Below, piece by piece: positions 1-9,674 of a stretch of DNA of 64,000 nucleotides. The notes below the pieces were generated by a model. It ran no database searches. It was not told where the DNA came from and saw only the letters and a program-made list of their open reading frames with translations. Positions within the stretch are counted from its first letter, which is position 1. Every line of letters starts with the position of its first letter. A program made the position numbers and the translations under genes. Source of the DNA: an uncultured cyanobacterium (GTDB taxonomy: Bacteria; Cyanobacteriota; Cyanobacteriia; Cyanobacteriales; Nostocaceae); assembly GCA_963740315.1 (NCBI GenBank), contig CAVUDP010000002.1, positions 2,176,001-2,240,000 on the forward strand. Direction: 5' to 3'.

Positions 1-2
1 CC

Positions 3-209
3 AATTTGAATCAGCTTTACCTGAAAAAGAATAAAATCAGTGACGTAAATTCCCTTAAAAACTTAACAGAGTTAGGTTTCCTTTCTCTTGATTACGATGA
101 AATAAACGATTTAAAACCACTTTCTAACTTGAAATTGGTGGATCTTTCAAATAAACAAGTCAAGTTTTTCACTTGTAACTTATTCGCTCCTGCTACTTGC
201 GGATTTTAG
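3..209 (+). CDS. 3' end of an internalin-like LRR protein, open at the window edge and lacking the family Cys C-cap (possibly truncated)
   Basis: NQLYLKKNKISDVNSLKNLTELGFLSLDYDEINDLKPLSNL: two 22-aa LRR units, then an unrelated tail. Confidence 0.7.
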   Translation, partial: NLNQLYLKKNKISDVNSLKNLTELGFLSLDYDEINDLKPLSNLKLVDLSNKQVKFFTCNLFAPATCGF

Positions 210-424
210 TTACTGCGACATTAAGCATCTCTCAAACAGTTAGTAAAGGTGCGGTACGTCAAAGGCGATCGCACGCACGCACGCACTCCTCCCTTTTATC
301 CCCACATCAAATCTTTATTACTCTTAGCGTTTATAGGTTACGAAATTAATATCGTGTGTTATGAAGTATGTATTAGATTGCTTTAAAAGCATTATTGGCT
401 ACATACAAATACTTAAAGAATCAA

Positions 425-1837
425 ATGAAAAAAATATTTATCTCTCTTTTCAGCATAATTACTCTAAGTCATGCAACAGCTGTTGCGGCTCCTTTAAGAC
501 AACCCGTTAAAACTTTTACAGAATACTGTCAGCAGAAATCAACGTTACCAGAAGCAACGAAACATACTGTTGAAGTCTTGTTAAGAAAAGCCGGTACTCA
601 AGATTGTCAGCAAGCGAATCGGAAACTTAGCAGTTTGACTGAGCTTTCTCTTTCGGGGAACCAAATAAGCGACTTAAAGCCACTTTCTGGTTTAACTAAT
701 TTGACTGAGCTTTCTCTTTGGCGGAACCAAATAAGCGACTTAAAGCCACTTTCTGGTTTAACTAATTTGACTGAGCTTTATCTTTGGCGGAACCAAATAA
801 GCGACTTAAAGCCACTTTCTGGTTTAACTAATTTGACTACCTTAGATATTTGGGAGAACCAAATAAGCGACTTAAAGCCACTTTCTGGTTTAACTAATTT
901 GACTTTCCTTAGACTTATAGAAAATCAAATAAGCGACGTAAAACCTCTTTCTAGTTTAACTAATTTGACTGAGCTTTATCTTAATGAAAATAAAATAAGT
1001 GATGTAAAACCGCTTTCTAGTTTAACTAATTTGACTGAGCTTGATCTTAATGGAAATAAAATAAGTGATGTAAAACCGCTTTCTAGTTTAACTAATTTGA
1101 CTTTCCTTAGACTTATAGAAAATCAAATAAGCGACGTAAAACCGCTTTCTAGTTTAACTAATTTAAATTATCTTAGTCTTTCAAGGAATCAAATAAGCGA
1201 CGTGAAACCACTTTCTAGTTTGACTAATTTGACTACCTTAGATATTTGGGAGAACCAAATAAGCGATGTGAAACCACTTTCTAGGTTAACTAATTTAAAT
1301 TCTCTTGGTCTTTCAGAGAATAATATAAGCGATGTGAAACCACTTTCTAGGTTAAGTAATTTAAATTCTCTTAGTCTTTCAAGGAATCAAATAAGCGATA
1401 TAAAACCACTTTCTGGTTTAACTGATTTAAATCATCTTGGTCTTTCAGGGAATCAAATAAGCGACGTGAAACCACTTTCTAGTTTAACTAATTTAAATTC
1501 TCTTGGTCTTTCAGAGAATAATATAAGCGATATAAAACCACTTTCTGGTTTAACTTATTTAACTCGGATTTTTCTTGCGAAAAATAAAATCAGCGATGTA
1601 AAACCGCTTTCTAGTTTAACTTATTTAACTATTCTTTTTCTTGGAGAGAATAAAATAAGTGATGTAAAACCGCTTTCTAGTTTAATTAATGTGATGTACA
1701 TCGATGTTGAGGCGAATAAAATAAGCGATATAAAACCGCTTTCTGGTTTAACTAATTTGACTGACCTTAAACTTGCAGGAAATTCAATCGAGGATAAAAC
1801 CTGTCCTTTTGAGAAAAAGTCCATATGTAAATTCTAG
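425..1837 (+). CDS. Secreted internalin/SDS22-like LRR protein (about 18 repeats)
   Basis: Signal peptide MKKIFISLFSIITLSHATAVA; Cys N-cap (EYCQQK...QDCQQA); LxxLxLxxNQISDxKPLSxLTN repeats; C-cap CPFEKKSICKF. ATG 425 preferred over TTG 395. Confidence 0.92.
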   Translation: MKKIFISLFSIITLSHATAVAAPLRQPVKTFTEYCQQKSTLPEATKHTVEVLLRKAGTQDCQQANRKLSSLTELSLSGNQISDLKPLSGLTNLTELSLWRNQISDLKPLSGLTNLTELYLWRNQISDLKPLSGLTNLTTLDIWENQISDLKPLSGLTNLTFLRLIENQISDVKPLSSLTNLTELYLNENKISDVKPLSSLTNLTELDLNGNKISDVKPLSSLTNLTFLRLIENQISDVKPLSSLTNLNYLSLSRNQISDVKPLSSLTNLTTLDIWENQISDVKPLSRLTNLNSLGLSENNISDVKPLSRLSNLNSLSLSRNQISDIKPLSGLTDLNHLGLSGNQISDVKPLSSLTNLNSLGLSENNISDIKPLSGLTYLTRIFLAKNKISDVKPLSSLTYLTILFLGENKISDVKPLSSLINVMYIDVEANKISDIKPLSGLTNLTDLKLAGNSIEDKTCPFEKKSICKF

Positions 1838-1857
1838 TTACATTCTAAAGTCAATCG

Positions 1858-1893
1858 TTTCACCGCAAGATCGGTATTAAAATTGCGGTGAAA
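1858..1893 (+). terminator. Stem-loop after LRR gene
   Basis: TTTCACCGCAA...TTGCGGTGAAA, 11-bp inverted repeat. Confidence 0.55.
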
Positions 1894-1919
1894 AGGATTA
1901 ATTTCAACTTAATAAACAA

Positions 1920-1964
1920 GCTAAGAACCAAATAAGCGACATAAAGCCGCTCTCAAATTTAACT
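1920..1964 (+). pseudogene. Orphan single LRR module in an intergenic region
   Basis: Translates AKNQISDIKPLSNLT, bounded by in-frame stops, no start codon. Confidence 0.6.
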
Positions 1965-1978
1965 ATTACATACCCATA

Positions 1979-4033
1979 ATGAGAAAACAATCAATAGCAA
2001 TCCTTTTTGCGGCACTAGCTTTAACAGCATTCATACTAAAAAAACCATATTTAGCTTATAAACAGAAAGCAGAAATAGCCAATAAAATGACAGAATGGTG
2101 CGAGAAAAAATCTACATTAGCTCAAGAAACAAGGATTACGGTAGAAGCTTTATTAGCAAGAGCGGGGACAAATGATTGTGAAAAAGCTGGTGAAAGACTT
2201 AGCAATTTAGAAAAAATTTACCTATCACAAAGTAATATCAGCGATTTAGTACCAGTTGCTGATTTAACTAATTTGAAGGGACTTGACCTTGAAGATAATA
2301 ACATCAGCGATTTAACACAACTTTCTAATTTAACTAATTTAACCTGGCTTAGTCTCGGACAAAATAAAATCAGCGATGCAAAACCACTTTTAAAATTAGT
2401 GAATTTGACTGAACTTGAGCTTGATAGCAATCAAATTGACGATGTAGTGTTACTTAGTTCTTTTAAACAATTAGAGTCTTTGAGTTTAGCGTCTAATAAT
2501 ATCAGCGACATTCAACCGCTAGCTAATTTAACTAATTTAAAGGAACTTCGGCTTGATAATAACAATATTACCGACATCAAAACGCTTTCTAGTTTAACTA
2601 ACCTGACAGAGCTTACGCTTTGGGGAAATCAAATCGCTGACATAAAACCGCTGAAAAAGTTAACTAATTTGACTGAACTTGAAATTCCCGCTCAAAGTTT
2701 TACCTGGTGGTGCGAGCAAAAAGCAACCTTACCTAAAGAAACAAAGCATACAGTTGAGGTTTTATTAAAAGAAGCAGGTAGCGAAGATTGCCAAAAGGCT
2801 AATCAAAAACTGAGTAGTTTGACTACAATTAGTCTTTTAGACAAAGGAATTAGTGATTTACAACCCTTATCAAAGTTAACTAAATTGACTAAAATTGAGC
2901 TTTTAAGCAACAATATTAGCGACTTAAAAGCGCTCTCTTCCTTAACTAATTTGACTCATCTTGATCTTAGTTACAATCCAATTAGCGATTTAAAATCGCT
3001 TTCAAACTTAACTAATTTAACTATTCTATCACTTAGACAAAATAAAATTGAGGACATTAAACCACTCTCTTCCTTAACTAATTTGACTCGGCTTTCGATT
3101 ACTGATAATCCAATCAAAGATTTACAACCGCTTTCAAAGTTAACTTATTTGAATGAGCTTTATCTTACCGATAATAAAATCAAGGACATCAAAGCGCTTT
3201 CAACCTTAACCAATTTGAACACGCTTTACATTAGTAGAAATAAAATCAAGGATATAAAACCGCTTTCAACCTTAACTAATTTAGATTCGCTTGACCTTAA
3301 TAGTAATCCGATCGGCGACTTAAAACCGCTCTCGACCTTAACTAGTTTAACTTGGCTTGACTTTAGTAAAAACCAGATTAGCGACTTAAAACCGCTTTCA
3401 ACGCTAACTAATTTGACTTGGCTTAGGCTTGACCAAAATCAAATCGGCGACTTAAAACCGCTTTCAAAGTTAACTAATTTGAATAAGCTTTACCTGAATA
3501 AAAACCGAATTAATGACCTAAAACCACTCTCAACGTTAACTAATCTAAAAGCACTTGAACTTGATGAAACCCGAATTAGTGACTTGAAACCGCTTTTAAC
3601 ATTAACTAAACTGACTAGGCTTTATGCTGGTCAAAATCAAATAAGTGACTTAAAACCGCTTTCAACCTTAACTAATTTATCTAAGCTTGCTCTTCATCAA
3701 AATCAAATAAGTGACTTAAAACCGCTTTCAACCTTAACTAATTTGACCCAGCTTTACCTTGGAGCCAATCAAATTAACGATGTAGAACCGCTTTCTAATT
3801 TGACTAAGTTGACTTTGCTTAATATTGGTTCAAACCAAATTAGCGACGTAAAACCACTCTCTGATTTAACTAATTTGACCCAGCTTGACCTTAGTAAAAA
3901 CAATATTAGTGACCAGCAACCGCTTTCAAACTTGACTAAGTTAAAAGATATAGGTCTTAATCTTTTGGAAAATCCACTCACTAATAAAACCTGCCCAGTA
4001 AAACCGAAGTCTGCGTGCTTTCTTTTAAATTGA
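1979..4033 (+). CDS. LRR protein with two N-cap domains (tandem fusion)
   Basis: N-terminal hydrophobic segment; N-cap EWCEKK...NDCEKA; second internal N-cap SFTWWCEQK...EDCQKA near 2695; C-cap CPVKPKSACF. Confidence 0.92.
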   Translation: MRKQSIAILFAALALTAFILKKPYLAYKQKAEIANKMTEWCEKKSTLAQETRITVEALLARAGTNDCEKAGERLSNLEKIYLSQSNISDLVPVADLTNLKGLDLEDNNISDLTQLSNLTNLTWLSLGQNKISDAKPLLKLVNLTELELDSNQIDDVVLLSSFKQLESLSLASNNISDIQPLANLTNLKELRLDNNNITDIKTLSSLTNLTELTLWGNQIADIKPLKKLTNLTELEIPAQSFTWWCEQKATLPKETKHTVEVLLKEAGSEDCQKANQKLSSLTTISLLDKGISDLQPLSKLTKLTKIELLSNNISDLKALSSLTNLTHLDLSYNPISDLKSLSNLTNLTILSLRQNKIEDIKPLSSLTNLTRLSITDNPIKDLQPLSKLTYLNELYLTDNKIKDIKALSTLTNLNTLYISRNKIKDIKPLSTLTNLDSLDLNSNPIGDLKPLSTLTSLTWLDFSKNQISDLKPLSTLTNLTWLRLDQNQIGDLKPLSKLTNLNKLYLNKNRINDLKPLSTLTNLKALELDETRISDLKPLLTLTKLTRLYAGQNQISDLKPLSTLTNLSKLALHQNQISDLKPLSTLTNLTQLYLGANQINDVEPLSNLTKLTLLNIGSNQISDVKPLSDLTNLTQLDLSKNNISDQQPLSNLTKLKDIGLNLLENPLTNKTCPVKPKSACFLLN

Positions 4034-4053
4034 TGATAACAAGGAAATTTAAA

Positions 4054-5019
4054 ATGAAATTAATTGCATTATTTTTCACAGCACTAACTTTAACAAGCTG
4101 TACTTTAGGAATTTCTCAGCAGAATCAATCTTATAAAACATTTACCGAATGGTGCGAAAATAAATCAACTTTATCTTGGGGAGCTAAACATACAGTCGAT
4201 GTTTTATTAAAAGAAGTGGGTACTAAGGATTGTCAGGAAGCAAATCGAAGACTAAGTAATTTAGAAGACCTTTCATTAGGTAGAAAAAGAATTAGTAATC
4301 TACAGCCACTTTCAACTTTAACTAATCTAAATTCTCTTATACTCAATGATAATAATATTAACGATATCAAACCGCTTTCCAAGTTAACAAATTTAGATTG
4401 GCTTAGCCTTGGTAATAATCAAATCAAAGATATAAAACCGCTGGCAAAATTGACTAAATTGAGAAATCTTCATCTTCAAAGAAATAAAATTGTTAATATC
4501 AAACCTCTGGAAAATTTAGATAAACTTGAATCTGTCTTTCTTGGAAACAATCAAATTACTGATACTCAGCCTCCTGTAAAGTTAACTAGTCCTAATTTAA
4601 GATTTCTCTCACTTCATAGAAATAAAATTAGCAATTTGAGCTTTGTGTCCGAATTAAAGAATTTAAGTTCCCTTCATCTTGATTCAAATCAAATCAGCGA
4701 CCTCAAACCGCTGCAAAACCTAACTAATTTGACTAATCTTGACCTCAAGGATAATAAAATTTTTAATTTAAGACCGCTTTCTGATTTATCTAATTTAACC
4801 GAACTTAAACTTAGTCAAAATGAAATCAGTAACCTCAAACCGCTTTCTGATTTAACTAATTTGACCTTTCTTGAGCTTAATAAAAATCAAATCAGCAATA
4901 TAAAATCACTTTCTAATTTAACTAACTTGGATTATCTTGTTCTTTCGGAAAATCCAATCGAAGATAATACTTGTCCGGTACAGTCAGCTTCTGTATGTGC
5001 TTTTTCGGACGGAAATTAA
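4054..5019 (+). CDS. LRR lipoprotein
   Basis: MKLIALFFTALTLTSC lipobox, Cys N-cap, LRR repeats, C-cap CPVQSASVC. ATG 4054. Confidence 0.9.
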   Translation: MKLIALFFTALTLTSCTLGISQQNQSYKTFTEWCENKSTLSWGAKHTVDVLLKEVGTKDCQEANRRLSNLEDLSLGRKRISNLQPLSTLTNLNSLILNDNNINDIKPLSKLTNLDWLSLGNNQIKDIKPLAKLTKLRNLHLQRNKIVNIKPLENLDKLESVFLGNNQITDTQPPVKLTSPNLRFLSLHRNKISNLSFVSELKNLSSLHLDSNQISDLKPLQNLTNLTNLDLKDNKIFNLRPLSDLSNLTELKLSQNEISNLKPLSDLTNLTFLELNKNQISNIKSLSNLTNLDYLVLSENPIEDNTCPVQSASVCAFSDGN

Positions 5020-5040
5020 AATTGCGATACCGGGGCGTGA

Positions 5041-5184
5041 GTCAGCGACATCAAACCGCTTTCTGATTTAACTAATTTGCTCAAACCTTTTTCTTCACTA
5101 CCTGGACTAAAACTCTATGGAAATCCTATTAAGAACAAAATCTGTCCCGTAAAACCAGATGATATATGCAGTTTTAGTGAGTGA
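5041..5184 (+). pseudogene. Orphan LRR + C-cap cassette
   Basis: Reads VSDIKPLSDLTNL...LKLYGNPIKNKICPVKPDDICSFSE*, directly preceded by in-frame TGA, no start codon. Confidence 0.8.
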
Positions 5185-5427
5185 ATAAATAGAATAGCTG
5201 CTGCGCGTCCATATCTTATTTGGTTGATTTCGCTTTCTGTTGCGATCGCCTTTGTTGAATTTAGTCTAACGACTCAGGGAGTGAACGCTTAATCCACTTC
5301 TTCCCTTATATCCAGCATCGAATCTGCAATCAATCCAAGTTTATAACTCAAAAATTCAGTAATCTATTTTTAGGCGCTGTATAATATAGTAAAACTCTAG
5401 GCTTAGGATAGTAAATACACTTAAGAA

Positions 5428-6918
5428 ATGAATATAACTAAAACCTCTATATGTACTGCACTGTCATTGTTAGCAGTATTGCAAACTACGAAAGCTATTG
5501 CAACACCTTTCAGACAGCCTGTAAAAAGTTTTACTGAGTGGTGTAAAGAAAAGTCCACATTACCACTTGAAACAAAGATTACAATTGCAGTCTTGTTAGA
5601 AAAAGCGGGTACTCAAGATTGTCAGCAAGCAAATCGAAAGCTTAGCGAATTGACCGAGCTTAGCCTGAGAAGAAAGGGAATAAGCGATCTAAAGCCGCTT
5701 GCTAATTTGACCAATTTAACCAACCTAGACCTTAAAAGAAATCTAATAAGTGACCTAAAACCGCTTGCTAATTTGACTAATTTAACCAACCTAACACTTG
5801 GAGAGAATCGAATCAGCGACGTGAAACCGCTTGCTAATTTGACTAATTTAACTCACCTACATCTTTATACAAATCAAATAAGTGATGTAAAACCGCTTGC
5901 TAATTTAACTAATTTAACTTACTTAGACCTTGCAGTAAATCAAACAACTGATTTAAAACCGCTTGCTAATTTAATTAATTTAACTCACCTAAACCTTGAA
6001 AACAATAAAATAAACAACTTAAAACCGCTTGCGAATTTAACTAATTTAACTAACCTACAACTTTATTCAAATCAAATAAGTGACTTAAAACCGCTTGCGA
6101 ATTTAACTAATTTAACTAACTTAGACCTTTATACAAATCAAATAATTGACGTGAATCCGCTTGCTAATTTAATTAATTTAACAAACCTAAACCTTACAGA
6201 CAATCAAATAAGCGACTTAAAACCAATTGCTAATTTAACTAATTTAACTGAGCTAAATCTTGAAAAAAATCAAATAAGTAACTTACAACCGCTTTCTCGT
6301 TTAAATAGTTTAACTAAACTTAACCTTTGGCAAAATCAAATAAGTAACTTACAACCGCTTTCTCGTTTAAATAATTTAACTCAACTCCGGCTTTTGCAAA
6401 ACCAAATAAGTGACCTGAAACCGCTCTCAAAATTAACTAATTTAGCTAGTCTAAACCTTGGAGAGAATCAAATAAATGACGTTAAACCGCTTGCTAATTT
6501 AATTAATTTGAAGGGGCTTTTACTCAATAAAAATAGAATAAGGAATCTAAAACCGCTTTCTAGTTTAACTAAGTTGCAGTTGCTTTATATTGCTGAAAAT
6601 AGAATAAGGAATCTAAAACCGCTTTCTAGTTTAACTAAGTTGCAGTCGCTTTATATTGCTGAAAATAGAATCAGAAACCTCAAACCGCTTTCTAATTTAA
6701 CTAATTTGAACTACCTAAACCTTGAAAAAAATAAAATCAGAAACCTAGAGCCACTTTCTGATTTAACTGCTTTGACTCACCTTGAGCTTAATGAGAATAA
6801 GATCGGCAATATTAAGTCGCTTACTAAGTTAAATAATTTATCAAATTTGAAACTAGTTGATAATCCGATTGAAGACAAAACTTGTCCTATAAAGGCAAAG
6901 TCTGTATGCGAATTTTAG
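5428..6918 (+). CDS. Secreted internalin-like LRR protein
   Basis: Signal peptide, N-cap EWCKEK...QDCQQA, many 22-aa repeats, C-cap CPIKAKSVCEF. Confidence 0.92.
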   Translation: MNITKTSICTALSLLAVLQTTKAIATPFRQPVKSFTEWCKEKSTLPLETKITIAVLLEKAGTQDCQQANRKLSELTELSLRRKGISDLKPLANLTNLTNLDLKRNLISDLKPLANLTNLTNLTLGENRISDVKPLANLTNLTHLHLYTNQISDVKPLANLTNLTYLDLAVNQTTDLKPLANLINLTHLNLENNKINNLKPLANLTNLTNLQLYSNQISDLKPLANLTNLTNLDLYTNQIIDVNPLANLINLTNLNLTDNQISDLKPIANLTNLTELNLEKNQISNLQPLSRLNSLTKLNLWQNQISNLQPLSRLNNLTQLRLLQNQISDLKPLSKLTNLASLNLGENQINDVKPLANLINLKGLLLNKNRIRNLKPLSSLTKLQLLYIAENRIRNLKPLSSLTKLQSLYIAENRIRNLKPLSNLTNLNYLNLEKNKIRNLEPLSDLTALTHLELNENKIGNIKSLTKLNNLSNLKLVDNPIEDKTCPIKAKSVCEF

Positions 6919-6946
6919 CTATTGTTTAAGCTAGATTTTAATCCTG

Positions 6947-6984
6947 TCACCGTAACGTCGAAGATGCGGTGAGATTATTTTTTT
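6947..6984 (+). terminator. Rho-independent terminator candidate
   Basis: TCACCGTA...TGCGGTGA stem followed by a T-run; related to the 1858 hairpin. Confidence 0.55.
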
Positions 6985-7123
6985 GGCAATAAACCCTTGG
7001 CTATATCCCACCACCGAATCTGCAATCCAATTAAATTTATGATGCGAAATTTCAGTAATTTTCGTCATTTCAATGTATTAAATATTTGCTATAAATAAAC
7101 TAAATAATCTTTTTTCTTAAAAT

Positions 7124-7828
7124 ATGAACATAATAAAAGCCTCTTTTTGTACTGTATTATCCTTCAGTGCATTATTACAAACTACAAAAGCGATCGCAAC
7201 TCCTTTAAGACAACCCGTTAAAAGTTTTACCGAATGGTGTCAGCAAAAATCAACGTTACCAGAATCAACGAAATATACTGTTGAAGTCTTGTTAGAAAAA
7301 GCTGATACTCAAGACTGTCAGCAAGCAAATCGGAAACTTAGCAGTTTGACTCGGCTTTATCTTTGGGATAACGATAAGCAAATAAGCGACGTAAAACCGC
7401 TCTCAAGTTTAACTAATTTGACTTACCTTTCTGTTTGGGGGAACCAAATAAGCGACGTAAAACCGCTCTCAAGTTTAACTAATTTGACTTACCTTAATCT
7501 TGCAAGAAATCAAATAAGTGACGTAAAACCGCTCTCAAGTTTAACTAATTTGACTTACCTTAATCTTTGGAAGAACCAAATAAGCCACGTAAAAGCGCTT
7601 TCAAGTTTAACTAATTTGACTCGCCTTGATATTGCATCAAATCAAATAAATGACGTAAAACCGCTCTCAAGTTTAACTAATTTGACTTGGCTTTCTCTTT
7701 TGAATAACCAAATAAATGACGTAAAACCGCTCTCAAGTTTAACTAATTTGACTCGCCTTAACCTTTTCGCAAATCCCATAAAAAATAAAACTTGTCCAAT
7801 AAAAAAAGATGATGTATGTAAATTTTAA
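7124..7828 (+). CDS. Short secreted LRR protein (about 7 repeats)
   Basis: Signal peptide, N-cap, LRR repeats with near-invariant DNA framework, C-cap CPIKKDDVCKF. Confidence 0.92.
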   Translation: MNIIKASFCTVLSFSALLQTTKAIATPLRQPVKSFTEWCQQKSTLPESTKYTVEVLLEKADTQDCQQANRKLSSLTRLYLWDNDKQISDVKPLSSLTNLTYLSVWGNQISDVKPLSSLTNLTYLNLARNQISDVKPLSSLTNLTYLNLWKNQISHVKALSSLTNLTRLDIASNQINDVKPLSSLTNLTWLSLLNNQINDVKPLSSLTNLTRLNLFANPIKNKTCPIKKDDVCKF

Positions 7829-8004
7829 CCATTAGCTGGCGGAGAAAACGAGAAATACATCAAAATCAAAATTTAATTTTATTCATTTCCTAGCTAGAAT
7901 TTAACTTCAAGCTAGGATATTTTATTACCCGTCTCACCATCGCTCATACCAAACATCCCCTAATCTATAATAGTTTTGGCTTCACAAACGCAATTATTTT
8001 TCCC

Positions 8005-8712
8005 ATGCTTAATTCCCCAAACCTCAAACATTCCACCACCAAATTCCGCCGCTATTTCTTTGAATTTCTCGGCAGCGAGCGCTATTCCCGCCCTTATCGT
8101 CGCGGAGTTGGCAAAATAATCGAAAAATATTTATCCCAAAATGGCTTTTTTATCGAAGTTGGAGCAAATAACGGTTTCTCCGAAAGCAATACTTATTATC
8201 TAGAAAGATTTAGAAACTGGAAAGGAGTTTTAATCGAACCAATTCCCCATCTTTATCAAGAATGCGTCAAAGAAAGACCAAATTCACAAGTTTTTAACTG
8301 TGCTTTAGTCTCTCCCGATTACCCAGAGCCGGAAATTGAAATGATGTACGGTCATTTAATGTCCCTCGTTAAAGGTGCTTTCGATGATGATGATATTGAA
8401 GCCGAACGTGTGGCGATCGCCGGAAGGAAGTTGGGATTTACTCCTTACAAAATTAAGGTTCCAGCTAGAACTTTAACTTCTATCTTAGATGAAGCCAATA
8501 CACCTAAAATCGATTTTTTCTCCCTCGATGTCGAAGGTTTTGAATTAAATGCTTTGCAAGGGTTGGATTTTGATAAGTATCTACCCGAATATATGTTAAT
8601 CGAATGTTTAAACGAAGAATCTTTTCAAGAAATTGAATCTTATATTGGCGATCGCTACAATCTATTTGAAAAAGCCTCCCAAGTCGATTATCTTTTTAAG
8701 AGTAGGGAGTAG
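8005..8712 (+). CDS. FkbM family SAM methyltransferase
   Basis: FFIEVGANNG, VLIEP and IDFFSLDVEGFE motifs. Confidence 0.9.
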   Translation: MLNSPNLKHSTTKFRRYFFEFLGSERYSRPYRRGVGKIIEKYLSQNGFFIEVGANNGFSESNTYYLERFRNWKGVLIEPIPHLYQECVKERPNSQVFNCALVSPDYPEPEIEMMYGHLMSLVKGAFDDDDIEAERVAIAGRKLGFTPYKIKVPARTLTSILDEANTPKIDFFSLDVEGFELNALQGLDFDKYLPEYMLIECLNEESFQEIESYIGDRYNLFEKASQVDYLFKSRE

Positions 8713-8728
8713 GGAGTAGGGAGTAGGG
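8699..8728. repeat. STRR heptamer (GAGTAGG)n
   Basis: About 4 tandem copies overlapping the FkbM stop. Confidence 0.85.
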
Positions 8729-8732
8729 AACA

Positions 8733-9674
8733 GTGAAAATTAAACAAAACCTCAATTGGAAAATCCGTCTGCTCGATCAAATTCTCCGTCTCGACAAACC
8801 ACTAAATAAAATGAATGAGGAGGAATTGAAACTCGTAAACGAAACTCCTATTTCTCCAATTATACAAAGAATTTTTGCTGGTAAAAAATTTAAACTACCC
8901 AAAGTTGAACAAAAAGTAATTACCGGCAGACACGGGGAAATTCCAATTCAACTTTATTATCCTTCATTAAATCCCAATCTTCCCGTAATTCTGTTTATCC
9001 ACGGTGGTGGTTGGATTTATGGAAATTTTCCAACTTACGATTTTATGTGTCGTCGTATTGCTAGCAAAAGTAATTCTTTAGTCATTGCCATTAATTACAG
9101 ATTAGCTCCCCAATATAAATATCCCATAGCTTTAGAAGACTGCTACGACGCATTAACTTGGATCGGCGAAAACGCAATTAACTTAAATGCAAATCCCCAA
9201 AATTTAATAGTTATGGGAGACAGTGCAGGGGGAAATTTAGCCGCATCTTTATGTTTGATGCTCAGAGATCGAAAACAAGATTTAATTTACAAACAAATTC
9301 TTATTTATCCCGTCCTTGATGCAACTCTTTCTCAACCATCGATGCAATACTCCGATGCTCCCGTTCTCACAAAAGAATCAATGCAATTTTATGTTAAATG
9401 CTATTCTCGCAGCGATCGCGATATCCTTGAACCTTATTTTTCACCATTATTAACTCCAGATTTATCCAATCTTCCCCCGGCTTTAATTATTGCCGCAGAA
9501 TACGATGTTCTCCATGATGAAAATTTAATCTACGCTCAACGTCTTCAAACTGCAAATAATCAAGTTAAATTTATAGATTATCCCGGAATGGTACATGGCT
9601 TTCTCAGCTTTCCTCCTTTCTGCTCAAAAGCTAATAATGCATTCACACAAATCGCGTCTTATATTAATTCCTAG
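8733..9674 (+). CDS. Alpha/beta hydrolase, HSL-family esterase/lipase
   Basis: HGGGW oxyanion motif, GDSAGG nucleophile, EYDVL and HGF catalytic motifs. Confidence 0.92.
   Translation: MKIKQNLNWKIRLLDQILRLDKPLNKMNEEELKLVNETPISPIIQRIFAGKKFKLPKVEQKVITGRHGEIPIQLYYPSLNPNLPVILFIHGGGWIYGNFPTYDFMCRRIASKSNSLVIAINYRLAPQYKYPIALEDCYDALTWIGENAINLNANPQNLIVMGDSAGGNLAASLCLMLRDRKQDLIYKQILIYPVLDATLSQPSMQYSDAPVLTKESMQFYVKCYSRSDRDILEPYFSPLLTPDLSNLPPALIIAAEYDVLHDENLIYAQRLQTANNQVKFIDYPGMVHGFLSFPPFCSKANNAFTQIASYINS

Noticed and set aside
7340..7760. CRISPR-like pattern of a constant 45-nt unit and variable 21-nt spacer
   Set aside because: The 66-nt period is in frame within an LRR ORF; no cas genes or leader
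1..7828. Diversity-generating retroelement acting on the LRR genes
   Set aside because: No reverse transcriptase in the window and variation is not adenine-specific
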